Shown piece by piece: positions 26,852-36,239 of a DNA stretch of 64,000 nucleotides. The position numbers and the translations under genes were made by a program. The stretch lies in the sequence record OQ992562.1, one strand, 5' to 3'. How positions within the stretch are numbered: the stretch's first letter is position 1; the number at the start of each line of letters is the position of its first letter. The notes beneath the pieces were generated by a model that did not search any database, was not told the DNA's origin, and saw only the letters and a list, made by a program, of their open reading frames with translations.

Positions 26852-28374
26852 TTATAGAAACCTTATTGCAATATTACGCCATGTTCATCGATATCTCTCA
26901 GAAGAATATGGTTATGGGTGGAGCTATCGGAATGGCAATTGGTGGTTTATTCTGGACCACTCTAAGAGGCTTACCAAGTAAACTAGCTAGGTTCGCATTA
27001 AATCAGTTTACAGTTAGTCTACATATTACCAACATGGGTAATGGGCTGAACGAGAAGAACTTTGATTGTTTCATGGAATGGTATATTAAGCAGCCATTAG
27101 CTGGATTTAATCGACGTTTTTCAACTAATGTTGATGAGCAAAGTTATAGTGCAACTAAACAGAAAATTGGTGTTGGTTTTGGCTTACATTTCTTTCTGTT
27201 TAAAGGTAGGTTATTCTGGTTTGTAAAAGCACGCCGGGATAGTCAAAATGCCAGTCGAGATCAAATGGATATTACTATCCGTGGATTATCTAGGAGTAGT
27301 AAACTAATTATTGATTTAGTAGATGCTTACCATTGGCGCCCAAATGAAAGGGGTCTGACTATTTCACATTGGGATGGTAACCGTTGGGGCAATGAGATTG
27401 AAGTTACTAAACGCGATATCAACACGGTGATTTTGCGTAAAGAGATCAAAGAAGAATTCCTTAATAAGATTGAAGAATTCTATTCTGATCGGAAATGGTA
27501 CGATGATCGTGGACTACCCTATAAATTCACTTGTGTTCTAACAGGTCCTCCTGGTACTGGTAAAACCTCAATCAGTAAAGCGATTGCCTCACATTTTAAT
27601 AAAAATGTTAGTGCACTGTCATTAGCCTCTATGACCAATGATAGTCTTAGGCGGGCATTTACTACACTACCTAAAGGTAATATTCTTCTAATTGAAGATT
27701 TCGATGATACCCCGGCAGTTAAAGATCGTGTTTTAAATGATCCTGTAAAACTAGATAAAGAGATAAAGGAATTAGAGAGGAAATATTCTTTTATTGATTT
27801 AATTGAAAAATATCCGTCTGCATGGGTTGATCTTAAAGATGACTATGAAGGATACTCTGTAGTTGGGTTTAATGACACCATCTATATCTTTGATGAAAAT
27901 AGCGATGATCAAGGTTTTGGGATAAGTGCTTATGCTATGGCTGAACTGGGTGTTTCAAAATGGGCCGATGAAAAAGATCCATTATTTACCACAATTCGCC
28001 GATGGTGGAAATTAAAGAAGTGCATGAAGAATGGAATCACGTATGAACAACCAGCTAGCGGATTAACTTTGTCAGCTCTATTAAATGGGCTAGATGGCAT
28101 TGTTCCACTAGATGAGACTATGACCATTCTAACTACAAACCATCCTGAGAATATTGATAAAGCACTTCTAAGGAAAGGTCGCGTTGATTACATGGTGGAG
28201 ATTCCATATCTACGAGATCAAGAAGTTAGGGAGTATATTAAACTAATGTTCCCTGACTTCGATATTCCTGAAGATATCAGATTTAAAGATCAGCCAGGGT
28301 GTGATGTAATGGCGGCTTTTTCAAATAACCGTTATGACCCTAATGCTTTTATCAATAGTCTATTGAAATATTAA
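26848..28374 (+). CDS. BCS1-like membrane-anchored AAA+ ATPase
   Basis: N-terminal TM (MGGAIGMAIGGLFW), BCS1_N-like region (GFGLHFFLFKGRLFWF), GPPGTGKTS, LLIEDFD, LTLSALLNGLDG, TTNHPENIDKALLRKGRVD. Confidence 0.85.
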   Translation: MIIETLLQYYAMFIDISQKNMVMGGAIGMAIGGLFWTTLRGLPSKLARFALNQFTVSLHITNMGNGLNEKNFDCFMEWYIKQPLAGFNRRFSTNVDEQSYSATKQKIGVGFGLHFFLFKGRLFWFVKARRDSQNASRDQMDITIRGLSRSSKLIIDLVDAYHWRPNERGLTISHWDGNRWGNEIEVTKRDINTVILRKEIKEEFLNKIEEFYSDRKWYDDRGLPYKFTCVLTGPPGTGKTSISKAIASHFNKNVSALSLASMTNDSLRRAFTTLPKGNILLIEDFDDTPAVKDRVLNDPVKLDKEIKELERKYSFIDLIEKYPSAWVDLKDDYEGYSVVGFNDTIYIFDENSDDQGFGISAYAMAELGVSKWADEKDPLFTTIRRWWKLKKCMKNGITYEQPASGLTLSALLNGLDGIVPLDETMTILTTNHPENIDKALLRKGRVDYMVEIPYLRDQEVREYIKLMFPDFDIPEDIRFKDQPGCDVMAAFSNNRYDPNAFINSLLKY

Positions 28375-28397
28375 TATACTAAAAAGGAATCTGTAAA

Positions 28398-28586
28398 ATG
28401 AGTCTACTCAACATTCTAAATACCGTTGCGGCTGCTAATGGTAGGGAAGTAGATGATTTTAATATCACTTATTTAAACGATACGGATGTGTCATCTAGTT
28501 ATACCTCATTTCGATATCGGTATGTTGATGAGGATCGTATTGCACATATTTTCATTGTTTCTGAAAAAATCGAACAGGTTCGCTAA
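28398..28586 (+). CDS. hypothetical protein
   Basis: 62 aa ORF, AAGGA RBS. Confidence 0.65.
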   Translation: MSLLNILNTVAAANGREVDDFNITYLNDTDVSSSYTSFRYRYVDEDRIAHIFIVSEKIEQVR

Positions 28587-28734
28587 TTTGTATTGTTGGC
28601 AAAACTAACTGGTTACAATGTAACTGTAAATACATGTATTTAATTTTGAAAACATACTGGAGTTATTGATGTATTGAGTTGAAACTCAATAATAACTCCT
28701 ACTTTAATTTAAAAAATACAAAAGGAATATTTCC

Positions 28735-29388
28735 ATGGCGTCAATCATTAGTCTACCTTTTATCAAACTAGTAATCAGCCGTAATAATAATTACACTGTT
28801 AACCATCAGTCAGGTGCTGATAATGTACCTCATCTATGTGTTAAAGTAAAACATTCTAACGGTTATGCCTGGTTCGGTATTATCATTGTTGATTATGAAA
28901 AACGTACCAGTGGTTGGACTGAAGAAGAATTCAATGCAGTTGTAACTCGTTTCCATGAAGCAATGAATTCTCAATGTGATATCCAACGATTAGAAACAGA
29001 CATTAACCGACTAATGGATTCCATCCAAGATGTTGTTACTGGTCGGAAACGACCAACCCTATTCGGCGGTGATAGTAATGACTTCATTCAAATGCATCTT
29101 CAAAATAATATCCAACTTGATATTTATCGGAATGAAATTAACGAAGATACTCTAACCTATGGTGGGTATCGTGGTAAAGTAAGTCTTCGCCATGGTTATG
29201 ATGAATACAGCTTCTTCCTGTATCATCGTGGTATTATTCTAAACCATTACATCGATGCAGAGATTGCTAAAGAGCTAATTGAAGATGCTCTTAATAAGAC
29301 TTTCCCGGAGATTACTTATCTACCGCGAGCCACTGTCGAACCTACAGCAGTGGAACGCACTCGTAATAGACATCTGGATAAAAGTTAA
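28735..29388 (+). CDS. hypothetical protein
   Basis: 217 aa ORF, AAGGA RBS. Confidence 0.8.
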   Translation: MASIISLPFIKLVISRNNNYTVNHQSGADNVPHLCVKVKHSNGYAWFGIIIVDYEKRTSGWTEEEFNAVVTRFHEAMNSQCDIQRLETDINRLMDSIQDVVTGRKRPTLFGGDSNDFIQMHLQNNIQLDIYRNEINEDTLTYGGYRGKVSLRHGYDEYSFFLYHRGIILNHYIDAEIAKELIEDALNKTFPEITYLPRATVEPTAVERTRNRHLDKS

Positions 29389-29389
29389 A

Positions 29390-29803
29390 ATGACTAGTCA
29401 ACTTATCGTAGTTGATTTACAAAACCCTAGAAATAAACATATATACAGTGAATTAACTCATGAACACCCTAGAACAATAACATCACATCTAGTTGAAGAA
29501 TTAGATGATTTTGATGTTCATCAATATTCATACCAAGCGGAGTATAAATCTGGGATTGATCTTAGATTAATATTCTTTTGGGATGGACCATACACTGAAC
29601 CAAGAGAAGAAGGTTACGAACCAACTGATCTAGAGAAAAGGTGTGTGAAGTTGTGTAGGCAATATGAGGCTGCGATTAACGGGCAATTATCTGTAGTTGA
29701 TCACTCTCGGTTCCGGACGGTGTGTACCTTCAGATCAGATAATAGTTTACCAACAACTTTAGACTGGATTCATAAAGAACCCCCATCTAAAGAGGTTGTG
29801 TAA
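29390..29803 (+). CDS. hypothetical protein
   Basis: Start moved to ATG 29390, immediately after the upstream stop. Confidence 0.7.
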   Translation: MTSQLIVVDLQNPRNKHIYSELTHEHPRTITSHLVEELDDFDVHQYSYQAEYKSGIDLRLIFFWDGPYTEPREEGYEPTDLEKRCVKLCRQYEAAINGQLSVVDHSRFRTVCTFRSDNSLPTTLDWIHKEPPSKEVV

Positions 29804-29944
29804 AAAATAGTAAAAGAAATACACTATTCTATGTAGTTCCTTTACGATTGCTCTTTTATCTTAGTTTCAGTTTTGCTGAAGAAGTACCAATGAGATACCC
29901 TCCCCTGATCGGGGAGGGTTTTTGACATCTAAGAGGAAAATATA

Positions 29945-30325
29945 ATGTGCAAACAACATCGTGTAGTATCTATGAAAGTTACATGCACGCAAGCTCGCTA
30001 TCCGATCGGTCTGTGCGATCTCGGATTTGATAATGCTGCTGATGCTCGGCAATATCTACTAGATGTCGTCGAGTACAATATGGATCGTCTCCACCCACAA
30101 CATGCTAATACATTCCAGCTACAAAATCTACAAGACGGGTTCGTAGTATCCTACGATATCGAAAAAGATGGATCCGTTTATCTTCGGTTAACACTGGCGG
30201 CTGTAGCTTATCAATCAATCGATCTTGAGTTGGGGGTTACCGTTAAAGAAAATGAAGGGATCAGTGTTGTAATCAAAAATTGGATCAATGGTGATTATAC
30301 TGCGGGGAACAAATACTTGCAGTAA
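29945..30325 (+). CDS. hypothetical protein
   Basis: 126 aa ORF, GAGGA RBS; hairpin 29897-29919 upstream. Confidence 0.75.
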   Translation: MCKQHRVVSMKVTCTQARYPIGLCDLGFDNAADARQYLLDVVEYNMDRLHPQHANTFQLQNLQDGFVVSYDIEKDGSVYLRLTLAAVAYQSIDLELGVTVKENEGISVVIKNWINGDYTAGNKYLQ

Positions 30326-30333
30326 TACCATAT

Positions 30334-30455
30334 GTAAAGAATACCCAAATCGGGATCTCCCGGACTATCTCCCTTCAGCGTTCCCGTCCGCAAATGAAGG
30401 TGCCGCCGAGATCCCACCTATTGATAATGCCCTCCCTTCGGGGAGGGCTTTATTT
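30334..30455 (+). ncRNA. candidate structured ncRNA
   Basis: TATGTA at 30331, GC-rich 64-nt nested stem (gggatctc 30352-59 with gagatccc 30408-15; ccttca with tgaagg; gcg with cgc), then UUCG terminator 30429-30448. Confidence 0.5.
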
Positions 30456-30491
30456 CGCTTAAGCCTATTTATTTTATTATAAGGAGTGAAA

Positions 30492-31223
30492 ATGACATAT
30501 ATCGTAAATGATGGTAAAGTCATGATTGCAGACTGCCTATTAATTGAGCGGAATAATGCAACTGATAGCATTGGGCGACTTCCAGTATTAGATAACGGTT
30601 ATATTGATCTAACTGCTAAAGCTGAAGGTGTAGATGTATATTACAATGATTGCCACAAGATAATTTTTCATCCGACTGTTACTTGGCAAGGCAAACGTGT
30701 TAAAACTATGGCTTTTGCTGGAACTATAGATAATGTTTATGATCTATTGAATGCCCTTACCGCAGGTGTTGATTTAGCTGATTGGTTTAAAGTTGAAGTA
30801 AATATCTTGCCAGTCATAGAACGCAGGTTGTTTAATGGTAATACTTCTATGATGTTCACTATGGAGAATGGTGACATATATACAGTTATTCTTAAAGACA
30901 TGGGTATCAACATCACCAAGAAAGATTGGGCTCATTTGGGTAGTGGTGTAGATGCAGTTAATAGTGTACTTGAGTTTATCCCTAATTGTAATGATAATGG
31001 ATCAACCAAACTAACTGCACTTGAAGCATTTGCTATTGCATGTGCACATACTACTACTGTAAGTCGTAAATTTGATTATTACATCCATGCTACAGGTGAG
31101 TACAAGCAAAATCAAGAACTATCAACTAAACAACTAAAATGGATACTAGCGCGCATTCAAAAGCGGATGGATCTTACCCGCATTTTCAATGACCGCGAAT
31201 ATGCCAATAACATATGGGGTTGA
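30492..31223 (+). CDS. Ntn-hydrolase (HslV/proteasome-beta-like) protein
   Basis: Met-Thr start MTYIVNDGKVMIAD, AFAG, HLGSG, ALEAFAIAC; AAGGAG RBS. Confidence 0.6.
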   Translation: MTYIVNDGKVMIADCLLIERNNATDSIGRLPVLDNGYIDLTAKAEGVDVYYNDCHKIIFHPTVTWQGKRVKTMAFAGTIDNVYDLLNALTAGVDLADWFKVEVNILPVIERRLFNGNTSMMFTMENGDIYTVILKDMGINITKKDWAHLGSGVDAVNSVLEFIPNCNDNGSTKLTALEAFAIACAHTTTVSRKFDYYIHATGEYKQNQELSTKQLKWILARIQKRMDLTRIFNDREYANNIWG

Positions 31224-31228
31224 TTTGT

Positions 31229-31744
31229 ATGAGTAATTCTAATATGGATATGCTATATTACACTAATGTAAATTGGGAGCAATATTTTCATCATGTGAAA
31301 CAACGTGCAGATGATACTGTTAAAGTAATGTATAAACCTGAATATGAAGATCTTATTGATGAAGCATGTAGGCCATTAATTAAATGGTTTAATCAATTTA
31401 CCAATGTTGCAACTATTTATTGCTGTTCAGGCCATGTTGATGAAGAAACTGGTGGTAGCCCTGGATACATTAGTCTTTTATTTAAAGATACCAATGCAGA
31501 GAATTCTGCAATGCGTTTATTGCGTGAAGCAATGTGTAAGGGGCGTGAGTGTAAGATCCCATTCGAAATTGAACTGGGGGCTTATTTCGGGCATCTACAT
31601 GAGACCATTGATCAGAATCACTGGGTCGCCAATCTAGTCATCCGCACCAATAGTTACAAACGTAAAAATACGTATGATCGCTATTGGCATCGTCTTTACA
31701 ATATCATAACAACATGTAATACTGAGGGTTTATACACCGTCTAA
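31229..31744 (+). CDS. hypothetical protein with TYW3-like motif
   Basis: IDEACRPLIKWFN...VATIYCCSGH resembles D..i..l...lN......T.sSCsG. Confidence 0.55.
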   Translation: MSNSNMDMLYYTNVNWEQYFHHVKQRADDTVKVMYKPEYEDLIDEACRPLIKWFNQFTNVATIYCCSGHVDEETGGSPGYISLLFKDTNAENSAMRLLREAMCKGRECKIPFEIELGAYFGHLHETIDQNHWVANLVIRTNSYKRKNTYDRYWHRLYNIITTCNTEGLYTV

Positions 31745-31762
31745 AAAATCTGAGATAATTTA

Positions 31763-31912
31763 ATGAATGATATTAAAAATACATTATTAGTTAGATTAGA
31801 GAGGAAACAAAAAGCTAAGCGTATAGATAAATTACAAAGACTAGGTTTATGGTTTATTCTATTGCTATGTGTATCTAATCTATTTGTCCAATTAATAAAA
31901 GGTATATTCTAA
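31763..31912 (+). CDS. 49 aa microprotein with C-terminal TM
   Basis: Read manually: MNDIKNTLLVRLERKQKAKRIDKLQRLGLWFILLLCVSNLFVQLIKGIF; stop abuts next ATG. Confidence 0.55.
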   Translation: MNDIKNTLLVRLERKQKAKRIDKLQRLGLWFILLLCVSNLFVQLIKGIF

Positions 31913-32593
31913 ATGGTAGAAAAGCTCAGTTTTGCTGATATATTTAAGATGGCTAAAGAGGAAAATGTTAAGCTTGAATTGCATTGTCTAATTGGTACTC
32001 GACCAGTTAGGGGTCTTATTAAAAGTTTAAACTTTAATTCAATCAGACCTGATATATGTGAATCTGTTAATTTATATGTAAATGTATTTTCTAAAGTAGT
32101 AGAGGCTAGAGTAGATCTATCAAGTACTACTGCTGATTATGGTTGCTGGAGAATGACGCCAGAAACTAAGAATTATGTAGATAGTAAATATAACTTACCA
32201 GAAAAAATTGATATCACTAATCCAGATATCGTTAGGAGTAATATTAATTATTACCTCAGTTTACCTACTAAGGAACGCACTGAGTTATTTAATAAAATAA
32301 ATAATCCTAATGTCATTGAGGCAATAAACAAAGAATGGTCTAAAATGGTTGTAGAGTATTATCAATTTGAGATCGATTCGTTTATTGGATTAATTGATTT
32401 CGATCATGTCCTTATCAGTAAGTTCATGGTATTTAACTGGATGGATGATCTGTTTGAATATGCTTTAAATATCCCATTAAAACAAACCAATACAGTAAAT
32501 GAAGGCACCTGTTGCTTACTGGTTCACAAAGATAAAAAGGCAACATATACCCATTTTACTGATATTAAAAATCTTATCAAAGTAAGTGTATAA
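31913..32593 (+). CDS. hypothetical protein
   Basis: 226 aa ORF. Confidence 0.75.
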   Translation: MVEKLSFADIFKMAKEENVKLELHCLIGTRPVRGLIKSLNFNSIRPDICESVNLYVNVFSKVVEARVDLSSTTADYGCWRMTPETKNYVDSKYNLPEKIDITNPDIVRSNINYYLSLPTKERTELFNKINNPNVIEAINKEWSKMVVEYYQFEIDSFIGLIDFDHVLISKFMVFNWMDDLFEYALNIPLKQTNTVNEGTCCLLVHKDKKATYTHFTDIKNLIKVSV

Positions 32594-32605
32594 TTACGGC
32601 ATAAA

Positions 32606-32627
32606 CCCCTCTCCGTATGGAGAGGGG
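32606..32627. terminator. stem-loop at convergent strand junction
   Basis: cccctctcc-gtat-ggagagggg between + and - gene blocks. Confidence 0.75.
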
Positions 32628-32653
32628 ATATGTCTTTATTTTTTTATTTAAAC

Positions 32654-33043
32654 TCACTTAGAAAAATCTTCTACTGGAATATCATCCAGCCAATCATTAA
32701 GTAGTTTAAATTGATGAGGGTGTTGCATCTTAGTAACTTTACCATACTTAACACTAACTGCTTTACCAGTAGACACGGCAAGATCAACTAGTTTCTTTTC
32801 ATATGCATTAAACTCATCATACCACCGAGTATGAATAAGTTTTGCTAGGCGATCGTAAGCCGTCTTTCGATAATGATCTTCTTGTTCGCGACGCTGTTCG
32901 TCAAGTAGTTCTTTTTGACGTTGTTCTTGCTGACGCTTTTCTTCTTCCTTTTTCTCTTTCTCTAGTCGTTTCTTCTCAGCAAAATATGATAGAACCGGTA
33001 GTTTGAAAAGTAGGCTTAGAAGTAGTTGAAAGAATTGTTTCAT
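32654..33043 (-). CDS. protein with hydrophobic N-terminus and charged coiled coil
   Basis: Start at MKQFFQLLLSLLF (GAGGA RBS); EKKRLEKEKKEEEKRQQEQRQ. Confidence 0.7.
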   Translation of the reverse strand: MKQFFQLLLSLLFKLPVLSYFAEKKRLEKEKKEEEKRQQEQRQKELLDEQRREQEDHYRKTAYDRLAKLIHTRWYDEFNAYEKKLVDLAVSTGKAVSVKYGKVTKMQHPHQFKLLNDWLDDIPVEDFSK

Positions 33044-33123
33044 TAGTATTTCCTCAGTTTGATTAAATAGATAATTTACAAATGGCAATCCGCCTAGTTA
33101 CATACTAGATAGCTGTAAGTATT

Positions 33124-33534
33124 TTAATCCGTTACAATGTCTGGATAACGTTCATCAATTAATGATTTTCTATATGCAAACTCACGCACCTCTGCTTCTA
33201 ATTTTTCTTTAGTTGCATCTGTAGCACCGATCACAATAATTGAATCATTATTAATTGATAACTCTACGTCATTATCTTTTCCAAATACTAATTTAAAAAC
33301 AGTATTTAATTCATCTAATTGATCTTGAACGGTTACTGTATCATCATGGATTGCCCTAGACGGTTCCTCTAATAGACCCTCTAGCACTTTATAAGACTTT
33401 ATAAAAAGAGTATCATTAAAATCTTCTTTTAACCATGTTAATTCAAGTGTATATAAATCAACCACTCTATTAAGATTTGAAGTAGTTATATCTGTTTTCC
33501 ATTCATAACCTAGATAGTTAGTTTCATTACTCAT
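33124..33534 (-). CDS. hypothetical protein
   Basis: 136 aa ORF, AAGGAG RBS. Confidence 0.75.
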   Translation of the reverse strand: MSNETNYLGYEWKTDITTSNLNRVVDLYTLELTWLKEDFNDTLFIKSYKVLEGLLEEPSRAIHDDTVTVQDQLDELNTVFKLVFGKDNDVELSINNDSIIVIGATDATKEKLEAEVREFAYRKSLIDERYPDIVTD

Positions 33535-33576
33535 TATAAACTCCTTTGATTAATACATATTAAATAATCTGGAGTA

Positions 33577-33753
33577 TTATTTCTTTGTAATGCGATAACC
33601 AACTGACCATAAATCTATACGGACGAAACCTTTTCCCTCATGTTGACCGTATAAACATACACGTAACATTCTATTACCTGGCTTCATATCAATTCGTGTT
33701 ACCTCAAATTTATTAGTAATGTATTCTTGGATGATAAATAATAGATGACTCAT
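33577..33753 (-). CDS. 58 aa hypothetical protein
   Basis: Read manually: MSHLLFIIQEYITNKFEVTRIDMKPGNRMLRVCLYGQHEGKGFVRIDLWSVGYRITKK; AGGA RBS. Confidence 0.6.
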   Translation of the reverse strand: MSHLLFIIQEYITNKFEVTRIDMKPGNRMLRVCLYGQHEGKGFVRIDLWSVGYRITKK

Positions 33754-33882
33754 TTTATATTTTCCTGATTAATGACAAACATAAGCCCCTCCATATGGAG
33801 GGGCAATATGATTTACTGAGTCTTTCGCGTTCAATCCCATCCTAACTAATATATTTAAGAATAGTTTAAACCTCAGTAAATT

Positions 33883-33959
33883 TGGTGCCGCCACTCCGAA
33901 TCGAACGGAGGACCTACGCATTACAAGTGCGTTGCTCTACCTAGCTGAGCTATAGCGGC
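33883..33959 (-). tRNA. tRNA-Thr(UGU)
   Basis: Cloverleaf GCCGCTA...acgca-CTTGTAA-tgcgt...GTTCGATT...CACCA, CCA encoded. Confidence 0.95.
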
Positions 33960-34021
33960 GGAATCTTCTACATATAGTGTATATGAAAGTATTATTTTAT
34001 TTATTATAATAAATAAAGTTA

Positions 34022-34062
34022 TATTCAAACATATTTAAACAGTATATCATTAACTTGATATT
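34022..34062 (+). promoter_or_regulatory. early-type promoter on + strand inside the - strand block
   Basis: tattcaaacatatttaaacagTATATCAT-taacttgatatt, near copy of the 51216 promoter. Confidence 0.65.
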
Positions 34063-34106
34063 ACTAAAAGTAATATTTTCTATTAATTGTAAATAGGATA
34101 CTAAAT

Positions 34107-34244
34107 ATGAATATTGATCCAAAAACTCTTGGCATTATTATTAGCACCACTATTGGCACCGTAGGTGCTCTTATTCTTACGTATGGTATTGCGAGAGCAG
34201 TACGTTGGAATAATAAACCTGATGTAAAAGATGTAGCAGAGTAA
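34107..34244 (+). CDS. 45 aa single-TM microprotein
   Basis: Read manually: MNIDPKTLGIIISTTIGTVGALILTYGIARAVRWNNKPDVKDVAE; AGGA RBS, own promoter, hairpin agctagccc/gggctagct after stop. Confidence 0.65.
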   Translation: MNIDPKTLGIIISTTIGTVGALILTYGIARAVRWNNKPDVKDVAE

Positions 34245-34301
34245 GATAACATAAAGCTAGCCCATTAGGGGCTAGCTCTTATATTTATTTTTTTATTTGT
34301 T

Positions 34302-34931
34302 TTAACTTAGAGTACTATAATAAATAAATTTAGTTAATTCATCTTGTTGCTCTTTGATTATATTATTTTTCGTTTGTTTAACATTAATGTAATATTCAAT
34401 AAATAACCAACGTCTATCATGTTTGGCTAAGTCTTTGAATTCAATTTTCTCAAATCGCCATGACTGTACAGTAGTCCTAATGAGATTACCGGATTTATTG
34501 ATAATATACCCTTGCATGGTGTTAATTTGATCATCGATAGTAGGCGTTGGTAAAAATATCAAATAAACACCATCTGTATTTTTAGTGTGCATACTTTTTA
34601 ATTTATACATCATTGGGTTAAAGTATTCATCACTTTTATGATAATCGCTTAATTCTAACACAGCATCAATCATCATTTTAGCGCTTTCAGTAACACCAAC
34701 ATTTAGTAAATAATCATTAAGCTCTTTTAATGAATTATCTGTAAGTGATGCATCTATGTGTTCTTCACTTATAGGTTCATTATAAACTAGTTTATTAATA
34801 GTTGAATTAACAATATTTAGCCTATCGATATCATAAACTGCTAGTGTTTGTTTACCAACATTTATTTTTAAGTCTTTACCTGATTCATTGATAAAATCAT
34901 TTAAATCTACTTCAGTAAAATGAAAAGCCAT
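34302..34931 (-). CDS. hypothetical protein
   Basis: 209 aa ORF, AAGGT RBS. Confidence 0.75.
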   Translation of the reverse strand: MAFHFTEVDLNDFINESGKDLKINVGKQTLAVYDIDRLNIVNSTINKLVYNEPISEEHIDASLTDNSLKELNDYLLNVGVTESAKMMIDAVLELSDYHKSDEYFNPMMYKLKSMHTKNTDGVYLIFLPTPTIDDQINTMQGYIINKSGNLIRTTVQSWRFEKIEFKDLAKHDRRWLFIEYYINVKQTKNNIIKEQQDELTKFIYYSTLS

Positions 34932-35402
34932 TTTTATACACCTTTATGTTTTCCGTAGTGTTAAATTTTATTAACACCCGGTTTCAAGTTGAGTTATGTG
35001 TAGAACTAATCTACAAATAATATTAACTCTATGTATAATTTTACTTATAAATAGACCACTCTATATAGAGGGGTATTAAGTCATATAAAGTTATTTTAGT
35101 GTGGGTCTAAATACAAACATTACGTCTACTTCATCAGTTGGGTCGACATCATATTCTGTCCCAGTATTATCAATCGCAACCAACATTCTCACATTCCTCG
35201 GTAAAGGGCTTTATGTGATTTAGATAGGCGAGTGATAAAATACCTAAATGCACTGAGATATTCTCTGATAAATCCTTTACCTTTATTAAAATTATCACCT
35301 ACATGGACCATTCAATCACTTTTATGTAGCTTGATTTCAATCAATTAAAGGGTATAACGAATGTAATGTATTTATACACGAATATAGTTATCATAAGCTC
35401 AA

Positions 35403-35693
35403 CTACTTGGGGTAAAAGAGTGGACGGAGATCAGTCTCATGGTATTCATCTTTGATATGGGAAAAGTACTTATTGAAATTATCCACACTATACGAAGTTC
35501 TAAGCCCATTTGGCCAAATCACTAACATGTCACCAACTTCGAATGCCGTGATCATAGCCTCAAAGTCTTTTATGTTTACATGATCATTACCAAGTTTCAC
35601 GAATCGACATGCACGGAAACCACATTCCCAGTCAGACGACATCCATTGACCAGCCTCAGTAATCAGCTTTGCACGAACTAATGTCTTAGCCAT
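35403..35693 (-). CDS. hypothetical protein
   Basis: 96 aa ORF; VGDMLVIWPNG...DNFNKYF resembles the tail of ORF 46886. Confidence 0.7.
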   Translation of the reverse strand: MAKTLVRAKLITEAGQWMSSDWECGFRACRFVKLGNDHVNIKDFEAMITAFEVGDMLVIWPNGLRTSYSVDNFNKYFSHIKDEYHETDLRPLFYPK

Positions 35694-35871
35694 ACTTGGT
35701 ACCCCAGTTTATCGTTTTGTCGAGAAGAGCTTGACTAGGTCGTTTATTACGAATCTGATTCTTAATAGACTCATTTAGCTCTTCCATCGTTTTCCGAACT
35801 TTAACTAATCGTTCCTTTTGTTCATTTGTAGGAACACTACTAACTATATCTTGCAATGCTTTAAGTGACAT
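35686..35871 (-). CDS. hypothetical protein
   Basis: 61 aa ORF. Confidence 0.65.
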   Translation of the reverse strand: MSLKALQDIVSSVPTNEQKERLVKVRKTMEELNESIKNQIRNKRPSQALLDKTINWGTKYG

Positions 35872-36002
35872 GTCTTTACCCTATTTGTATTCAGCTATAA
35901 GATTCAACTACTGGGTACTTTTACAAGACGACATAAAGGCAGCTAATGCTGCCTTTATAGTTTACATAGTAGTGAAATATAACTAAATCTAAAACTATGA
36001 AT

Positions 36003-36078
<76 letters not shown>

Positions 36079-36239
36079 AGAATTATGGCGATTTTATATT
36101 AGAGATGAGTTACTGACAACCTAATATAGATATGTAATAACTACATATTATTACAATCTGAGTATTATTTATTTCTTGTTATGACATTATGTAAATAACG
36201 TGTAGTTAATCTTATTAGAAACTATCAAAGTTACTAATT

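Noticed and set aside
30352-30415. HDV-like (theta) ribozyme or SRP RNA interpretation of the structured element
   Set aside because: Loop ttcccgt is reminiscent, but I could not build the nested double pseudoknot or the SRP helix 8 motif by eye; needs a covariance search
30288-30571. ORFs 30288-30482 (+) and 30365-30571 (-)
   Set aside because: They run through the structured element and terminator without an RBS; non-coding reading preferred
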